NCBI GenBank assembly: GCA_031370785.1
Contig: JANMQY010000139.1
Coordinates: 1 to 26,350 of the forward strand
Length of the DNA stretch: 26,350 bases
Source: Candidatus Eiseniibacteriota bacterium
GTDB lineage: Bacteria; Eisenbacteria; RBG-16-71-46
Direction: 5' to 3'
Shown: piece after piece, positions 8,521 through 17,627 of the stretch
Layout of the letters: the number at the start of each line of letters is the position of its first letter
Position numbering within the stretch: the stretch's first letter is position 1
The notes under the pieces: model-generated
What the model was told of the DNA's origin: nothing
The model's input: the letters and a program-made list of their open reading frames with translations, nothing else
Database searches by the model: none
Program-made: the position numbers and the translations under genes

Positions 8521-8763
8521 TCAGCGGCCCGAGGTTCTCGGAGCCTTTCGGTTGTCGGGCCCTCGCAGGGTCTGGCGCGCGCTCCGCGGCTTCGCGTTCT
8601 TTCGCGCCATCTCCCGCTCGTCCAGATTCTGGTCGACGCCGGCCTGTTCGTGGCGTCCTCGGGTGGGATTGGCGGCCGGCCCGAGCGGACCGGGCGACTT
8701 TGCAGGCCGCCGAGTCTGGCCGGAGGATGATGACTTCCTGGTCTTCTGCTTGCTGCCCGCCAT
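8521..8763 (-). CDS. Small basic, low-complexity hypothetical protein (80 aa)
   Basis: AAGGAGG 6 nt before the ATG; K/R/S/P-rich; ends just before the 8449-8485 hairpin. Confidence 0.65.
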   Translation of the reverse strand: MAGSKQKTRKSSSSGQTRRPAKSPGPLGPAANPTRGRHEQAGVDQNLDEREMARKNAKPRSARQTLRGPDNRKAPRTSGR

Positions 8764-8944
8764 GGTCTGCCTCCTTGTGAAGTAGTGGCTCGAAATCGCC
8801 GAACGCTCTCATTCCCGAGTTCGTGGTCGACGTGGATTGAGTTTCGATGACCTGTACCGGGCCGCGGTTGCTGAATCATTTTCCCTGGGGCAACTCAGAT
8901 ACTTCGGGTTGCACGCGCGCGGAAACGGGAGAACAATCTTTGTC

Positions 8945-10042
8945 ATGAAACCTTCGCGATTCGTCCCGGTCGCGCTCGCGCTGCTCGCATGTTTCGCCGC
9001 ACCGGCTCGAGCTGCGCAGCCTGCCGGCTCGGCTGCGCTCGCTCTACTTCTGCACCGGCGCTGGCGATGTGAACGGCGATGGGTACGATGATCTGGTGGT
9101 GGGGGCGAGGCGCTTCAGCGGAAACGGCATCACACGCGAGGGGCGCCTCTACGTCTACCACGGCTCGCCGTCCGGGCTCTCGACCACAGCCAGCTGGGTT
9201 CGTGATGGGGGGCAGAGGAATGGAGAGTTTGGCGAGTCCGCGTCGAACGCCGGCGATGTCAACGGGGACGGCTTTGGCGATCTGATCGCGGGCGCGTTTC
9301 GCTACGACCACCCTGAAGTGGACGAAGGAATCGCCTACCTGTTCCTCGGCTCGACGAGCGGTCTCTCGCAGACGCCTGCCTGGACTGCCGAGGGTAATCA
9401 GGCCGGGGGATACTTCTCGTACCACGTCGATACTGCCGGCGATGTGAACGGTGACAACTTTGCCGATGTCGTGCTCACTTCGGCGAACTACGACGTGAAT
9501 GGATTCACCGATGCCGGCAGCGCCTGCGTGTATCTGGGATCGCCATCGGGACTGGCATCCACGCCCGCGTGGATCCAGGACGGCGATCAGGCCGGCGGCG
9601 GGCTCGGCAACTCCGGGCGTGGAATGGGCGACGTGAATGGCGACGGATTCGATGACGTCGGAACCGGCGCGCTGTATGAGGACTTCGGCTCTTGGTGGAT
9701 GCCGGCCGTGCGTATCTGTTCTACGGATGCAGCGACGGCCGCACGGCTGTGCCGGAGACTGATGCTGCGCGACTCGACCTTCGCGCGGCGGGCCCCAATC
9801 CATTTTTCGCAGGCACTTCGATCGCGTACGTCGTTCCGTCGCGCGAGGCGGTGACGCTGTCGGTAGTCGATGTCTCGGGCCGGATCGTGACCGACCTCGT
9901 CAACGAGACGGACCCATCCGGAGTTCACATCGTCGCCTGGGATGGTCGCACGCGAGACGGTCGACGGGCGGGCGCCGGGATCTACTTCGTGCGTCTGGCG
10001 ACGCCGGATGGAATCAGGAAACTCAAACTGGTTCGGATGTGA
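8945..10042 (+). pseudogene. Secreted FG-GAP (integrin-alpha-like) repeat protein with C-terminal FlgD-Ig-like domain, broken by two frameshifts
   Basis: Signal peptide MKPSRFVPVALALLACFAAPARA in one frame; four GDVNGD repeats in the next frame (9069-~9690); then PNPF...VDVSGR...WDGR...GIYFVRL back in the first frame (9692-10042). Confidence 0.85.
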
Positions 10043-10055
10043 GAGGAGTCTCCGA

Positions 10056-10544
10056 ATGAGCATCGTTGAAGCACTCATTCCCGAGTTCGAGCAGGAGATG
10101 GCGACGACCCGCAGGCTGCTCGAGCGCGTGCCGAGCGAAAAGGGCCAGTGGAAGCCGCATCCCAGATCATTCGCGCTGGGCCATCTCGCTCAATTGGTCT
10201 CGTGGATGCCCGGTTGGATCGCGAACACGCTGACCAATACTGAACTGGACCTCGCCACCGCACCCGGATACAGCTTCGAGACCACCGAGACACTGGTCGC
10301 CGGCTTCGACCGGAACGTCCGCGAGGCGAAAGAAGCGCTCCGATCGGTGAAGGACACCGACTTCACCGTGCCGTGGTCGCTGAAGCGCGCAGATCGGGTG
10401 CTATTCACTGCGCCACGAGGAGTTGTGGTGCGCTCGCATATCAGTCACCTGAGCCATCATCGCGGCCAGCTCACCGTCTACCTGCGACTTCTCGACGTGC
10501 CGATCCCATCGATCTACGGACCGACCGCAGACGAGCGCATGTAG
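10056..10544 (+). CDS. DinB family protein (162 aa)
   Basis: RBS GAGGAG; WKPHPRSFALGHLAQL and HLSHHRGQLTVYLRLLDVPIPSIYGP DinB signature. Confidence 0.9.
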   Translation: MSIVEALIPEFEQEMATTRRLLERVPSEKGQWKPHPRSFALGHLAQLVSWMPGWIANTLTNTELDLATAPGYSFETTETLVAGFDRNVREAKEALRSVKDTDFTVPWSLKRADRVLFTAPRGVVVRSHISHLSHHRGQLTVYLRLLDVPIPSIYGPTADERM

Positions 10545-10647
10545 GGGAAATCAGCAGCTTGTAACGCACAGCGTGCAGGATGCTGGGTTCCGGCCATGAC
10601 CACAATTTCACTCGACTAGCGGATTCCGCACGCTTACGTTTGAACCC

Positions 10648-11247
10648 GTGCGAACCCGCAAGCGCATCTCGATGGCAATCTCCGCCGTCACCGTGACGAC
10701 CTCCGGTGCATGCGCCGGCAGTCTCGCGCGTGCATGTGCCGCGCTTCTGCTCCTTCTTCTGCCGCTCACCTCATGTCACAAGTCACCGCTTCAACCGGCA
10801 ACCGGGGTCTACGACTTCTCGCTGGTCGACGTGAACCCGAATTCGGCCACCTACGGGCAGGCGGTTTCCCGCTCGAACTTCGCCGGCAAGCCGCTGGTGC
10901 TGTTCGTCGGCGCCTCCACCTGAAGCTTCTGCCAGCGGCAGTTCGCCGCTCTCAATGACATCGCCGGGTACTGGCCGGCCCAGAGTCTTGATGCCGTCCC
11001 GCTCTTCATCAACATCATCGGCACGGAGTCGGGCGTCGCGGCGCTGACGCAGGGGCGGACGATGCCGATTCTCCAGGACACACCCTCGGCAAAGGTCGTC
11101 GGGAGACTCGGGTTGGTGAAGGACGATCTCGTCATCCTCGATCGTCAGGGCAGCTTCTGGAAGCGCCAGCACACCGACACGAACTGGAATTTCTACACCG
11201 AGCCTGGGATCTCGACGCTGGATACCTGGGTGCGCGAAGTGCCGTAG
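10648..11247 (+). CDS. Putative selenoprotein: thioredoxin-fold lipoprotein with U-x-x-C (Sec at TGA 10921-10923)
   Basis: Track ORFs 10648-10923 and 11062-11247 are in one frame separated only by a single TGA. Read-through gives PLVLFVGAST-U-SFC. Lipobox-like LLLLPLTSC; redoxin-like DFSLVDVN and LVILDRQG; hairpin 10934-10950. Start is GTG 10648 or ATG 10672. Confidence 0.8.
10934..10950 (+). promoter_or_regulatory. Candidate bacterial SECIS element
   Basis: AGCGGC-AGTTC-GCCGCT stem-loop beginning 10 nt after the in-frame TGA, with a G in the apical loop. Confidence 0.6.
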
Positions 11248-11261
11248 GCGATCCCGCGCAC

Positions 11262-11342
11262 CTCGAGCAGATCGCGCAGCCTCTGCGCGACGGTCTTCGA
11301 TCCTGGCGGAGTCTCCGCAAACCTGTACAGCCCCAACTCCAT
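11262..11342 (-). pseudogene. N-terminal remnant of an LLM-class (luciferase-like) flavin-dependent oxidoreductase
   Basis: ATG 11342 reads MELGLYRFAETPPGSKTVAQRLRDLLE, resembling recalled LLM starts (MELGLYTFA...QRLRDLLEEIELAD). Similarity then stops and the frame closes at 11193. Confidence 0.5.
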
Positions 11343-11536
11343 GTCTTACTCGAGTCCACGGATGAGCGTCGCCCGCGCGCCGTGCAAGCATTGGCGCGGC
11401 GCGCGAAGCGCAGACTCCATGCGATCGGGCAGGGACAAGCGCGCCGCAAATCCCGGCGGAGGTGTCGACTTGCAGTCCGCGCGTCGCGTGCGCGATTCTG
11501 CACCGTCGTGAGGCTCGACTGACAAGAGGAGAGACC

Positions 11537-14308
11537 ATGCACTCTCGATCGAGGTCGAATTCCGGAGGCGCCGCGACGCGGGCATTCACGATCGCGCTCC
11601 TGCTCGCTTCGTCAGTCGCCGACTTCGTGCGGACAGGCGCCGCGGCCGCGACTGCCTCGGTCGCGCTGCCCGACACCGGCGTGTTCGCTCCGGTCGCGGC
11701 CCAGCTCGAGGCGCGCCTCGCGCGGCTCGCGGAGCTTCCTGCCGGAAACGTGACGCCCGAGCGACTGTGGCTGCTGCTCGACACTGGTCGGCCCGATGCG
11801 GCGGCGCGGATCGCGAACGCGCTGATCGGCGACGATCCCGCGGCACTCGTCGCGCGAGCGCGCGTCGCGCTCGCGATGCAGGATTTCGCGACCGCGGCCC
11901 CGATCGTCGCGCGGCTCGCGCTGAGGCCAGAAGCCGACGCGCGCGCCACTCGCTACCTCTGGGAGTCGGCGCGAGACGCAGCCGGCACCCTCGATTCGCT
12001 GACCCGCGCTCGACTCGCAAGCGGCGATGCGGGATCGGTGCCCGAGCTGCTCGCGGCCGGGCAGCTCGCGTACGACATGCTCGACTACCCGCGCGCCGAC
12101 GATCTTTTCTCGCGTGCGCTGGAGGCCACGCCCAAGGGCTCCTCGTTTGCCGCCCGACGGGCGCGCTCGGCCGCGCACGTTGGCCGCGCGGTCGTGATGC
12201 AGAAGCGTCGCGACTGGGATGGCTCGCTGGCTGAGCTACGCCTCGCACTGGCTGAGCACGCCAGCGCCGCTGCGCTCGAGGCCTCCGCCAATACGCTGAT
12301 CCGGCTCGGTCGCACTGACGAGGCAATCTCGGCAGGGGAGTGGGGCGTGCGGCTCTATCCCTACAGCGACGGGTCGCACTATCTGCTCGGGAACGGCTAC
12401 GCGCGCAAGAACTACACTCAGCTCGCGGCCGCCTATCCGGCGGCGTTCGCCGATGCCGGCGGCCGCAGGGCGCTCAGGCTCGGCGACGCGAAACTCGCTG
12501 CCGGCCACCGCGAGGCGGCGCGCAGGCAGTACGCGGCGGTTGTCGCCTCGCATCCCGGATGGGCGGACGCGCACGTCCGGCTCGCCTCGCTGGACTTCGA
12601 GAACAGTCGCTTCGCCGAGTCGCGCGACGCCTGCTTCGCCGCGCTCCGCGCGTGTCCCGAGTACGGCCGCGCTCACGCGGTGCTGGCCAAGGCGCTCGAG
12701 TCGCAGCGCTTCGTGGTCGACGTGCACCGCACCGACTACGAACGGCGCTTCGCCGCCATGCCGACGCCACAGGTGCCCGACATCGAGAAGTTCGTGGTCA
12801 ACTGGCGCTCGCTCGGCCCGCGTCACCAGAAGCGCGTTGCGCTCTCGGTCGCACCATGGAAGGCATTCGTGCCGGTGCTGGTGGATGGCGGCGCCACCTT
12901 CTACATCAAGCCGCTCTACATGCTGCTCAGTGAATGCCCGGACATGCAGACGCTTCACGACCAGCGCATCGACTACGATTCACGGCTGTGGGACGACGTG
13001 CGCGGAGCGGGCGGGTTCCACACCGTGACTGGCATCGAGGATGTCGAGCGCACCATCTTCGACCGCTACAACACCGTCACTCATGAACTGACGCATCAGG
13101 TGCACGGGGTGCTGCCGGCCGACGACTCGCGCGCGATCCAGGACTCCTATCGGCGCGCCAAGGTGCGCGACGACTCGACCCACGATGCGTTTCTCTCGCG
13201 CTATGCGGGAGGGAGCGTCTACGAGTACTTCGCCGAGGGCGCCAACGCGCTGGAGTCTCCGAAGCGCGACGCCTACGACCCGCGCGAGGTCGTGCGCGAG
13301 CGCCTCGACACGATGGACCCCGCGCTCGAGAACATGGTTCGAGCCTTCTTCGCTCGTACCGACGTGAGCGCTTCCTATCCGGTGGCCTACGCCGCCGGCG
13401 GGGACGATCGCGTCGAGCGCGGCAGGGTGAAGGAAGCGCTGCCGTTCTATCGCAAGGCGCTGGCGGCGCGGCCGGACGAAGAGATCGCGCTGGTCTCGTA
13501 TGCGAGAGCACTCGCGCTCGGAGGTCAGGCCACGGCGGCGGAATCCGTGGCGGCTCGCGCGGTAGCGGCGCACCCCACGAGCGGTCCCGCACGCCTCGCG
13601 CTCGCCAGTGCGGCCTGGAACGCCGGGCGCGGTCTCGATGCCGCGCGCGCCGGGCTCAAGTCGAGCCGGAGCGCAGTGCGCGCCGAGGATCGCTACCAGA
13701 TCGATCAGGCGCTGGGCGCCTACGCGTGGACCGCTGGCGATACCGCCGCCGCGCTGGCGGCGTTCGATTCCGTGCTGGCCTACCAGTCGGACAATCCCGA
13801 GGGCCTGCATGGGCGGGCGTCTGCGCTCGCGCTGGCCAGCCGGAGCGACGAAGCCTTCAAGCTCTACGACCGGGCCGTGCGCGAGCGCACCGGCGTCGTC
13901 GATCTGCGCTGCGACTATGCGCGGGATCTGCTGTGGGCGGGGCGCTCGGCCGAGGCGGTCAGCCAGCTGGATGCGGCGAGCCTGCTCGATGCGCAGAATG
14001 CGACCGCGGAGGCGCTGCGTGGCTGGGCCGCTCTGCAATCGGGTGATCTCCGTGCGGCGCGCGCGCACATGATGCATTCGCTCGCATGGGGGCCGTGGTG
14101 CGACCTTGCGCGGATCGTCGAAGGCGGCATTGCGAAGCGCGCGGGGGATGCGGCCGCCGCCGAGCGCGCGTGGTCATCGGTGCGCGCCCGCATCGCGAAC
14201 AACACGCCGCCCGAATACGTCTATCGCCCGAAGCTCGCGGTGTGGGAACACGTGCACACGCTGCCGGCGGTCGAGCGGCGGCTGTTGGAGAAGCTTGCGG
14301 CGAACTGA
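11537..14308 (+). CDS. Large secreted TPR-repeat protein with central zincin-like metallopeptidase domain (923 aa)
   Basis: RBS GAGGAG; signal-like N-terminus; Ala-rich TPR helices on both sides; HELTH (13082-13096) followed by EYFAE (13223-13237). Confidence 0.8.
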   Translation: MHSRSRSNSGGAATRAFTIALLLASSVADFVRTGAAAATASVALPDTGVFAPVAAQLEARLARLAELPAGNVTPERLWLLLDTGRPDAAARIANALIGDDPAALVARARVALAMQDFATAAPIVARLALRPEADARATRYLWESARDAAGTLDSLTRARLASGDAGSVPELLAAGQLAYDMLDYPRADDLFSRALEATPKGSSFAARRARSAAHVGRAVVMQKRRDWDGSLAELRLALAEHASAAALEASANTLIRLGRTDEAISAGEWGVRLYPYSDGSHYLLGNGYARKNYTQLAAAYPAAFADAGGRRALRLGDAKLAAGHREAARRQYAAVVASHPGWADAHVRLASLDFENSRFAESRDACFAALRACPEYGRAHAVLAKALESQRFVVDVHRTDYERRFAAMPTPQVPDIEKFVVNWRSLGPRHQKRVALSVAPWKAFVPVLVDGGATFYIKPLYMLLSECPDMQTLHDQRIDYDSRLWDDVRGAGGFHTVTGIEDVERTIFDRYNTVTHELTHQVHGVLPADDSRAIQDSYRRAKVRDDSTHDAFLSRYAGGSVYEYFAEGANALESPKRDAYDPREVVRERLDTMDPALENMVRAFFARTDVSASYPVAYAAGGDDRVERGRVKEALPFYRKALAARPDEEIALVSYARALALGGQATAAESVAARAVAAHPTSGPARLALASAAWNAGRGLDAARAGLKSSRSAVRAEDRYQIDQALGAYAWTAGDTAAALAAFDSVLAYQSDNPEGLHGRASALALASRSDEAFKLYDRAVRERTGVVDLRCDYARDLLWAGRSAEAVSQLDAASLLDAQNATAEALRGWAALQSGDLRAARAHMMHSLAWGPWCDLARIVEGGIAKRAGDAAAAERAWSSVRARIANNTPPEYVYRPKLAVWEHVHTLPAVERRLLEKLAAN

Positions 14309-14452
14309 GGGGCGCCTTCCGAGCGTGCGCCGCACTACCGCCCAGCACTTCGAGCCCGCGTGCCTTGTTCACCCGGGGGCTCGCTGCTAGTGTCGCTGCG
14401 CCCGCGTCAACGATGTTCGGATCCCGATTCAGTCGAGAACGAGGAGACCGTC

Positions 14453-14569
14453 ATGCCCAAGTTCGTGATCGAGCGGGCCGCAGTCAAGAAGCACGCGCAG
14501 CTCGGCGGCTTCCCGGCCAACCGGATTTCCAAGGTACTATCTGTCATCGAGCCGACCACGGCGGAATAG
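14453..14569 (+). pseudogene. Internally deleted DUF4242-family gene (38 aa)
   Basis: RBS GAGGAG. MPKFVIER is joined directly to AVKKHAQLGGFPANRISKVLSVIEPTTAE, the typical N- and C-termini of the roughly 90-aa family with the middle missing. Confidence 0.7.
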
Positions 14570-15301
14570 ATGGCACTCACCAGCGCGCAGATCGACGCAA
14601 TCCTCCTCGCCGAAGCCGGTCACGAGTGTGACGGCTTCGGCGAACATCGCGTCTGCGTGCGAATCGAGGCGATCGCCGAACTGCCCAGCCGCTTCGGGCG
14701 CTTTCAGATCCTCGGCTTCTGGAACAACCGGGACGGCAAGGAGCACGTCGCGGTCATGTACGGCGATGCCTTCGGTGGCGAAGACGTGCCGACCCGGCTT
14801 CATTCCTCGTGTCTCACCGGCGATGCCCTGGGCTCCCTGCGCTGCGACTGCCGCGACCAGCTTGAGTTGTCGTTGCGTGCGATCGCCGGCTTCGAGCGCG
14901 GACTGGTGCTCTACATGCAACAGGAGGGGCGCGGCATCGGGCTCCTCAACAAGCTTCGCGCCTACTACCTTCAGGATCGGGGCCTCGACACCGTGGAAGC
15001 CAACCAGGTGCTCGGCTTTCGCGATGACGAGCGCGAATACTCGGTCGCGGCGCACATGCTCGCGAGCATGAAGGTGAAGTCGATCCGGCTGATGACCAAC
15101 AACCCCCGCAAGATCGAAGAGCTGACGAGCTTCGGCGTGCGCATCTCCGGGCGCCTCCCGCACGTGATCCCGCCGAACGAGTTCAATCGGTTCTACCTCG
15201 AGACCAAGTCGACCAGGTCCGGCCATCTGGGCTTCGAAGGCAAGCCGCGCCTGCTCGAGCAGGGCGAGCCGATTCGCGTCGAGAACGAACAGGGCGACTG
15301 A
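14570..15301 (+). CDS. ribA: GTP cyclohydrolase II (stand-alone)
   Basis: RLHSSCLTGDALGSLRCDC zinc motif, QEGRGIGLLNK, DTVEAN, DEREY, LMTNNPRK, YLETK...GH. Confidence 0.95.
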   Translation: MALTSAQIDAILLAEAGHECDGFGEHRVCVRIEAIAELPSRFGRFQILGFWNNRDGKEHVAVMYGDAFGGEDVPTRLHSSCLTGDALGSLRCDCRDQLELSLRAIAGFERGLVLYMQQEGRGIGLLNKLRAYYLQDRGLDTVEANQVLGFRDDEREYSVAAHMLASMKVKSIRLMTNNPRKIEELTSFGVRISGRLPHVIPPNEFNRFYLETKSTRSGHLGFEGKPRLLEQGEPIRVENEQGD

Positions 15302-15430
15302 TCCCCGACCGCACGGGATCATTGGCACGGAGATCTGAGATCCGCTAGCCTGCCGCACTTCGCCCGCACCAGTCGGGCCTTCCGTTCATCCATCGACGAC
15401 AATTGATCACTCTCAGGAGACGTTGACCAC

Positions 15431-16258
15431 ATGCGTCGTTCCGTTCCCGCCGTCCGAATCCTTCGCTGTGTCGCGACGCGCTTCGTCGCTCTCGCTCTGA
15501 TTCTCTTGATGCTTCCCGCTTCCGCTCGCGCCGACCGGCGCTTCTTCCTTTACACCTATTCGCCTTTCCTCGAACCGCCCGGCGAAATGGAAATCGAGAC
15601 CTGGCTCACCACCAGGAGCGGCAAGCAGGATCCCGGGGTCGGCACCCAGTGGGAACCGCGTGTCGAGTTCGAGTACGCGCTCCACGGCCGGCTCGGAACT
15701 GCGGCGTATCTCAACTTCGCAAAGGATCCGGGCAGCAACCTCGAGTTTCGGTCGCCTTCGCTCGAGCTGATCTACGGACTCGCAGCTCCGGGAAAGATCG
15801 CGGGAGATCCGGCGCTGTATCTCGAGGCGAGCGAGACCGGCGATGAGCTCGAGATCGAAAGCAAGTTGCTGCTCGCTCACCGCGTCGCGCGCTGGGTCGG
15901 CGGAATGAATCTGATTGGCGAGTTCGAATTCCGGCACGACGACAAGGAGCTGCTGCCGGGCGGACGGGTTCTCAGCAACGCCGTCGCTGGGGAAGTCACG
16001 GGCGGAATCGCCTACGAGTTCAGCCGGCGCCTTTCGATCGGCGTCGAGTCGCGGTACCGCTCGGAGCACCCGAACTTCGGCCGCGAATCCGCGGCGCTGC
16101 TCGCGGTCGGCCCGAGCGTCAACCTGCGAATGGGCGAGATGCAGCTCGCGGTCGGCGTGCTGCCGCAGGTGTGGGGGAGCCCCGCCACCAGCGGAAACAG
16201 GAACCTGGAGGGATTCGAGAAGGTTCAGACCCGCGTGATCATGGGAATCGAGCTCTAG
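15431..16258 (+). CDS. Putative outer-membrane beta-barrel protein (DUF6662-like)
   Basis: RBS AGGAG; signal peptide ending ARA-DRRFFLYTY; amphipathic beta-strands (VEFEYAL, GIAYEF); terminal strand TRVIMGIEL. Confidence 0.7.
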   Translation: MRRSVPAVRILRCVATRFVALALILLMLPASARADRRFFLYTYSPFLEPPGEMEIETWLTTRSGKQDPGVGTQWEPRVEFEYALHGRLGTAAYLNFAKDPGSNLEFRSPSLELIYGLAAPGKIAGDPALYLEASETGDELEIESKLLLAHRVARWVGGMNLIGEFEFRHDDKELLPGGRVLSNAVAGEVTGGIAYEFSRRLSIGVESRYRSEHPNFGRESAALLAVGPSVNLRMGEMQLAVGVLPQVWGSPATSGNRNLEGFEKVQTRVIMGIEL

Positions 16259-16262
16259 CGGG

Positions 16263-17627
16263 TCATTCCTCGTTCGTGCGGCGGACCGCTGCGACCTCGT
16301 CGGGCGTCAGCCAGCGTTTGACGATCTTGTCGCGTCGCTCTTCGAGAACGCGCACCAAGTATTCGGTCGCGCGCGGGTCGCTGTAGCGGCCGCTCTCGAC
16401 CGCGGCACGAATGAGGTCGTCCGTGAACGCGGCCACGATCCGCGCGCCCCACTTGATGTCGCGCTCGGTACGCTCATCGAGCGCCGGATTCTGAAGGTAG
16501 GGGCGCCAATTGCCGGCGTCAAAGGTCTGCGAGTCGATGAATCCAACGCTGGTGATTCCCGGATCGACCGAGCTCTCCCACACGTAAGGCGGCAGCGCGA
16601 GAGTTACCGTCGATTTCGCCGTGACCCCGTAGTCCGCCCAGTACTCGTGCCCGCTACGCAACGGTTGCGGCGCGATCGAGGCCGAGCCCAGGCAACCGCT
16701 GAAATCGATCAGATGATGGCGCACGAACGAACGCCCGCCGTCCTTGACGTACATGTCGAGCGTGTTGCGCGCGCTGCAGTCGGTGTGATTGACCCACGCA
16801 TTGATCGCGTACAGTCCGCGAAGCTCGCGGCGCAGTTGATGCGGGATCAGGTCCTCGATGTCGTCCTTGCGCCGCCCCTCGTAGCGCCACTCGCCGAGCG
16901 GTTTCCCCTTGAGGAACCGGCTCGCCACCACGCGGTAGCGTCCATCGGCCTGTCTCGGCACTTCGCTCAGCAGGCTGTCGATGAATCCGGGCGTGATCGG
17001 AACTTTCTGGCCGGCATAGTCGTAGTTCGCATCCTTCCCGATATCGAGATCCTCTCGACGGAAGTACGCGATCGTGTTGTCCGGCACGTTGTAGCCCGCG
17101 GCCCAGTAGAGCTTGGAGACCACCACGTCGGCGCTGGTGGCGAGCTCTGGAAATGGCATGGGATCGAACTTGATCGCGAACCGATCCCCCGCGGAATCCT
17201 TGATCTGGAAACCCTTGGAGACGCCACCGGTCTTCGACTTCACGACCGTCCAGCGTCCCGGAGAGGGGCCGCTGCCGGGGCCCGGGCCGGTCAGCATGTC
17301 CTTGATGCCCACCGGCCGGTAGCCGAGCCGCGGTTGCCACCACGTGGTGGGCAACAGCACCCGGTCCTGATCGTCGATATTCACCGCCTCGCGTGGCTTC
17401 CCGCCCAGTTTGCGCACCAGTCGTGACGGATCCAGACCGCGTGCAATCGGTCGCGAGACCGCCTGCGTGAAGGCGTCGAAGGCATACGACAGATGCGTCT
17501 CGCGGGGCATGGGCACCGAATCCGGCGCGCTCGCGACTGCCGCGGCGGGGCGGGGCAGGAGCAGGGCCGCCGCCACCCCGGTGGCGGCAAGAACCCCCCG
17601 GCGCGCGTTCTCGCGTGCGCGGCTCAT
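16263..17627 (-). CDS. Exported hypothetical protein with atypical kinase-like motifs (454 aa)
   Basis: Signal peptide; GGVSKG loop, AIKFD, ELATSA, HTDCSARN, LIDF in kinase order; start overlaps the upstream gene's stop. Confidence 0.7.
   Translation of the reverse strand: MSRARENARRGVLAATGVAAALLLPRPAAAVASAPDSVPMPRETHLSYAFDAFTQAVSRPIARGLDPSRLVRKLGGKPREAVNIDDQDRVLLPTTWWQPRLGYRPVGIKDMLTGPGPGSGPSPGRWTVVKSKTGGVSKGFQIKDSAGDRFAIKFDPMPFPELATSADVVVSKLYWAAGYNVPDNTIAYFRREDLDIGKDANYDYAGQKVPITPGFIDSLLSEVPRQADGRYRVVASRFLKGKPLGEWRYEGRRKDDIEDLIPHQLRRELRGLYAINAWVNHTDCSARNTLDMYVKDGGRSFVRHHLIDFSGCLGSASIAPQPLRSGHEYWADYGVTAKSTVTLALPPYVWESSVDPGITSVGFIDSQTFDAGNWRPYLQNPALDERTERDIKWGARIVAAFTDDLIRAAVESGRYSDPRATEYLVRVLEERRDKIVKRWLTPDEVAAVRRTNEE

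Noticed and set aside
9060..9660. Recurring GGCGATGTGAACGG-like DNA repeats as a CRISPR or mobile repeat
   Set aside because: They encode the GDVNGD FG-GAP protein repeats; spacing and degeneracy do not fit CRISPR.
10648..10923. Treating the 91-aa and 61-aa ORFs as two separate small genes
   Set aside because: Same frame, a single TGA in a U-x-x-C context and a downstream hairpin favour one recoded gene.
15323..15340. TGGCAC sigma-54-like -24 box upstream of the 15431 gene
   Set aside because: No GC at the required -12 position.
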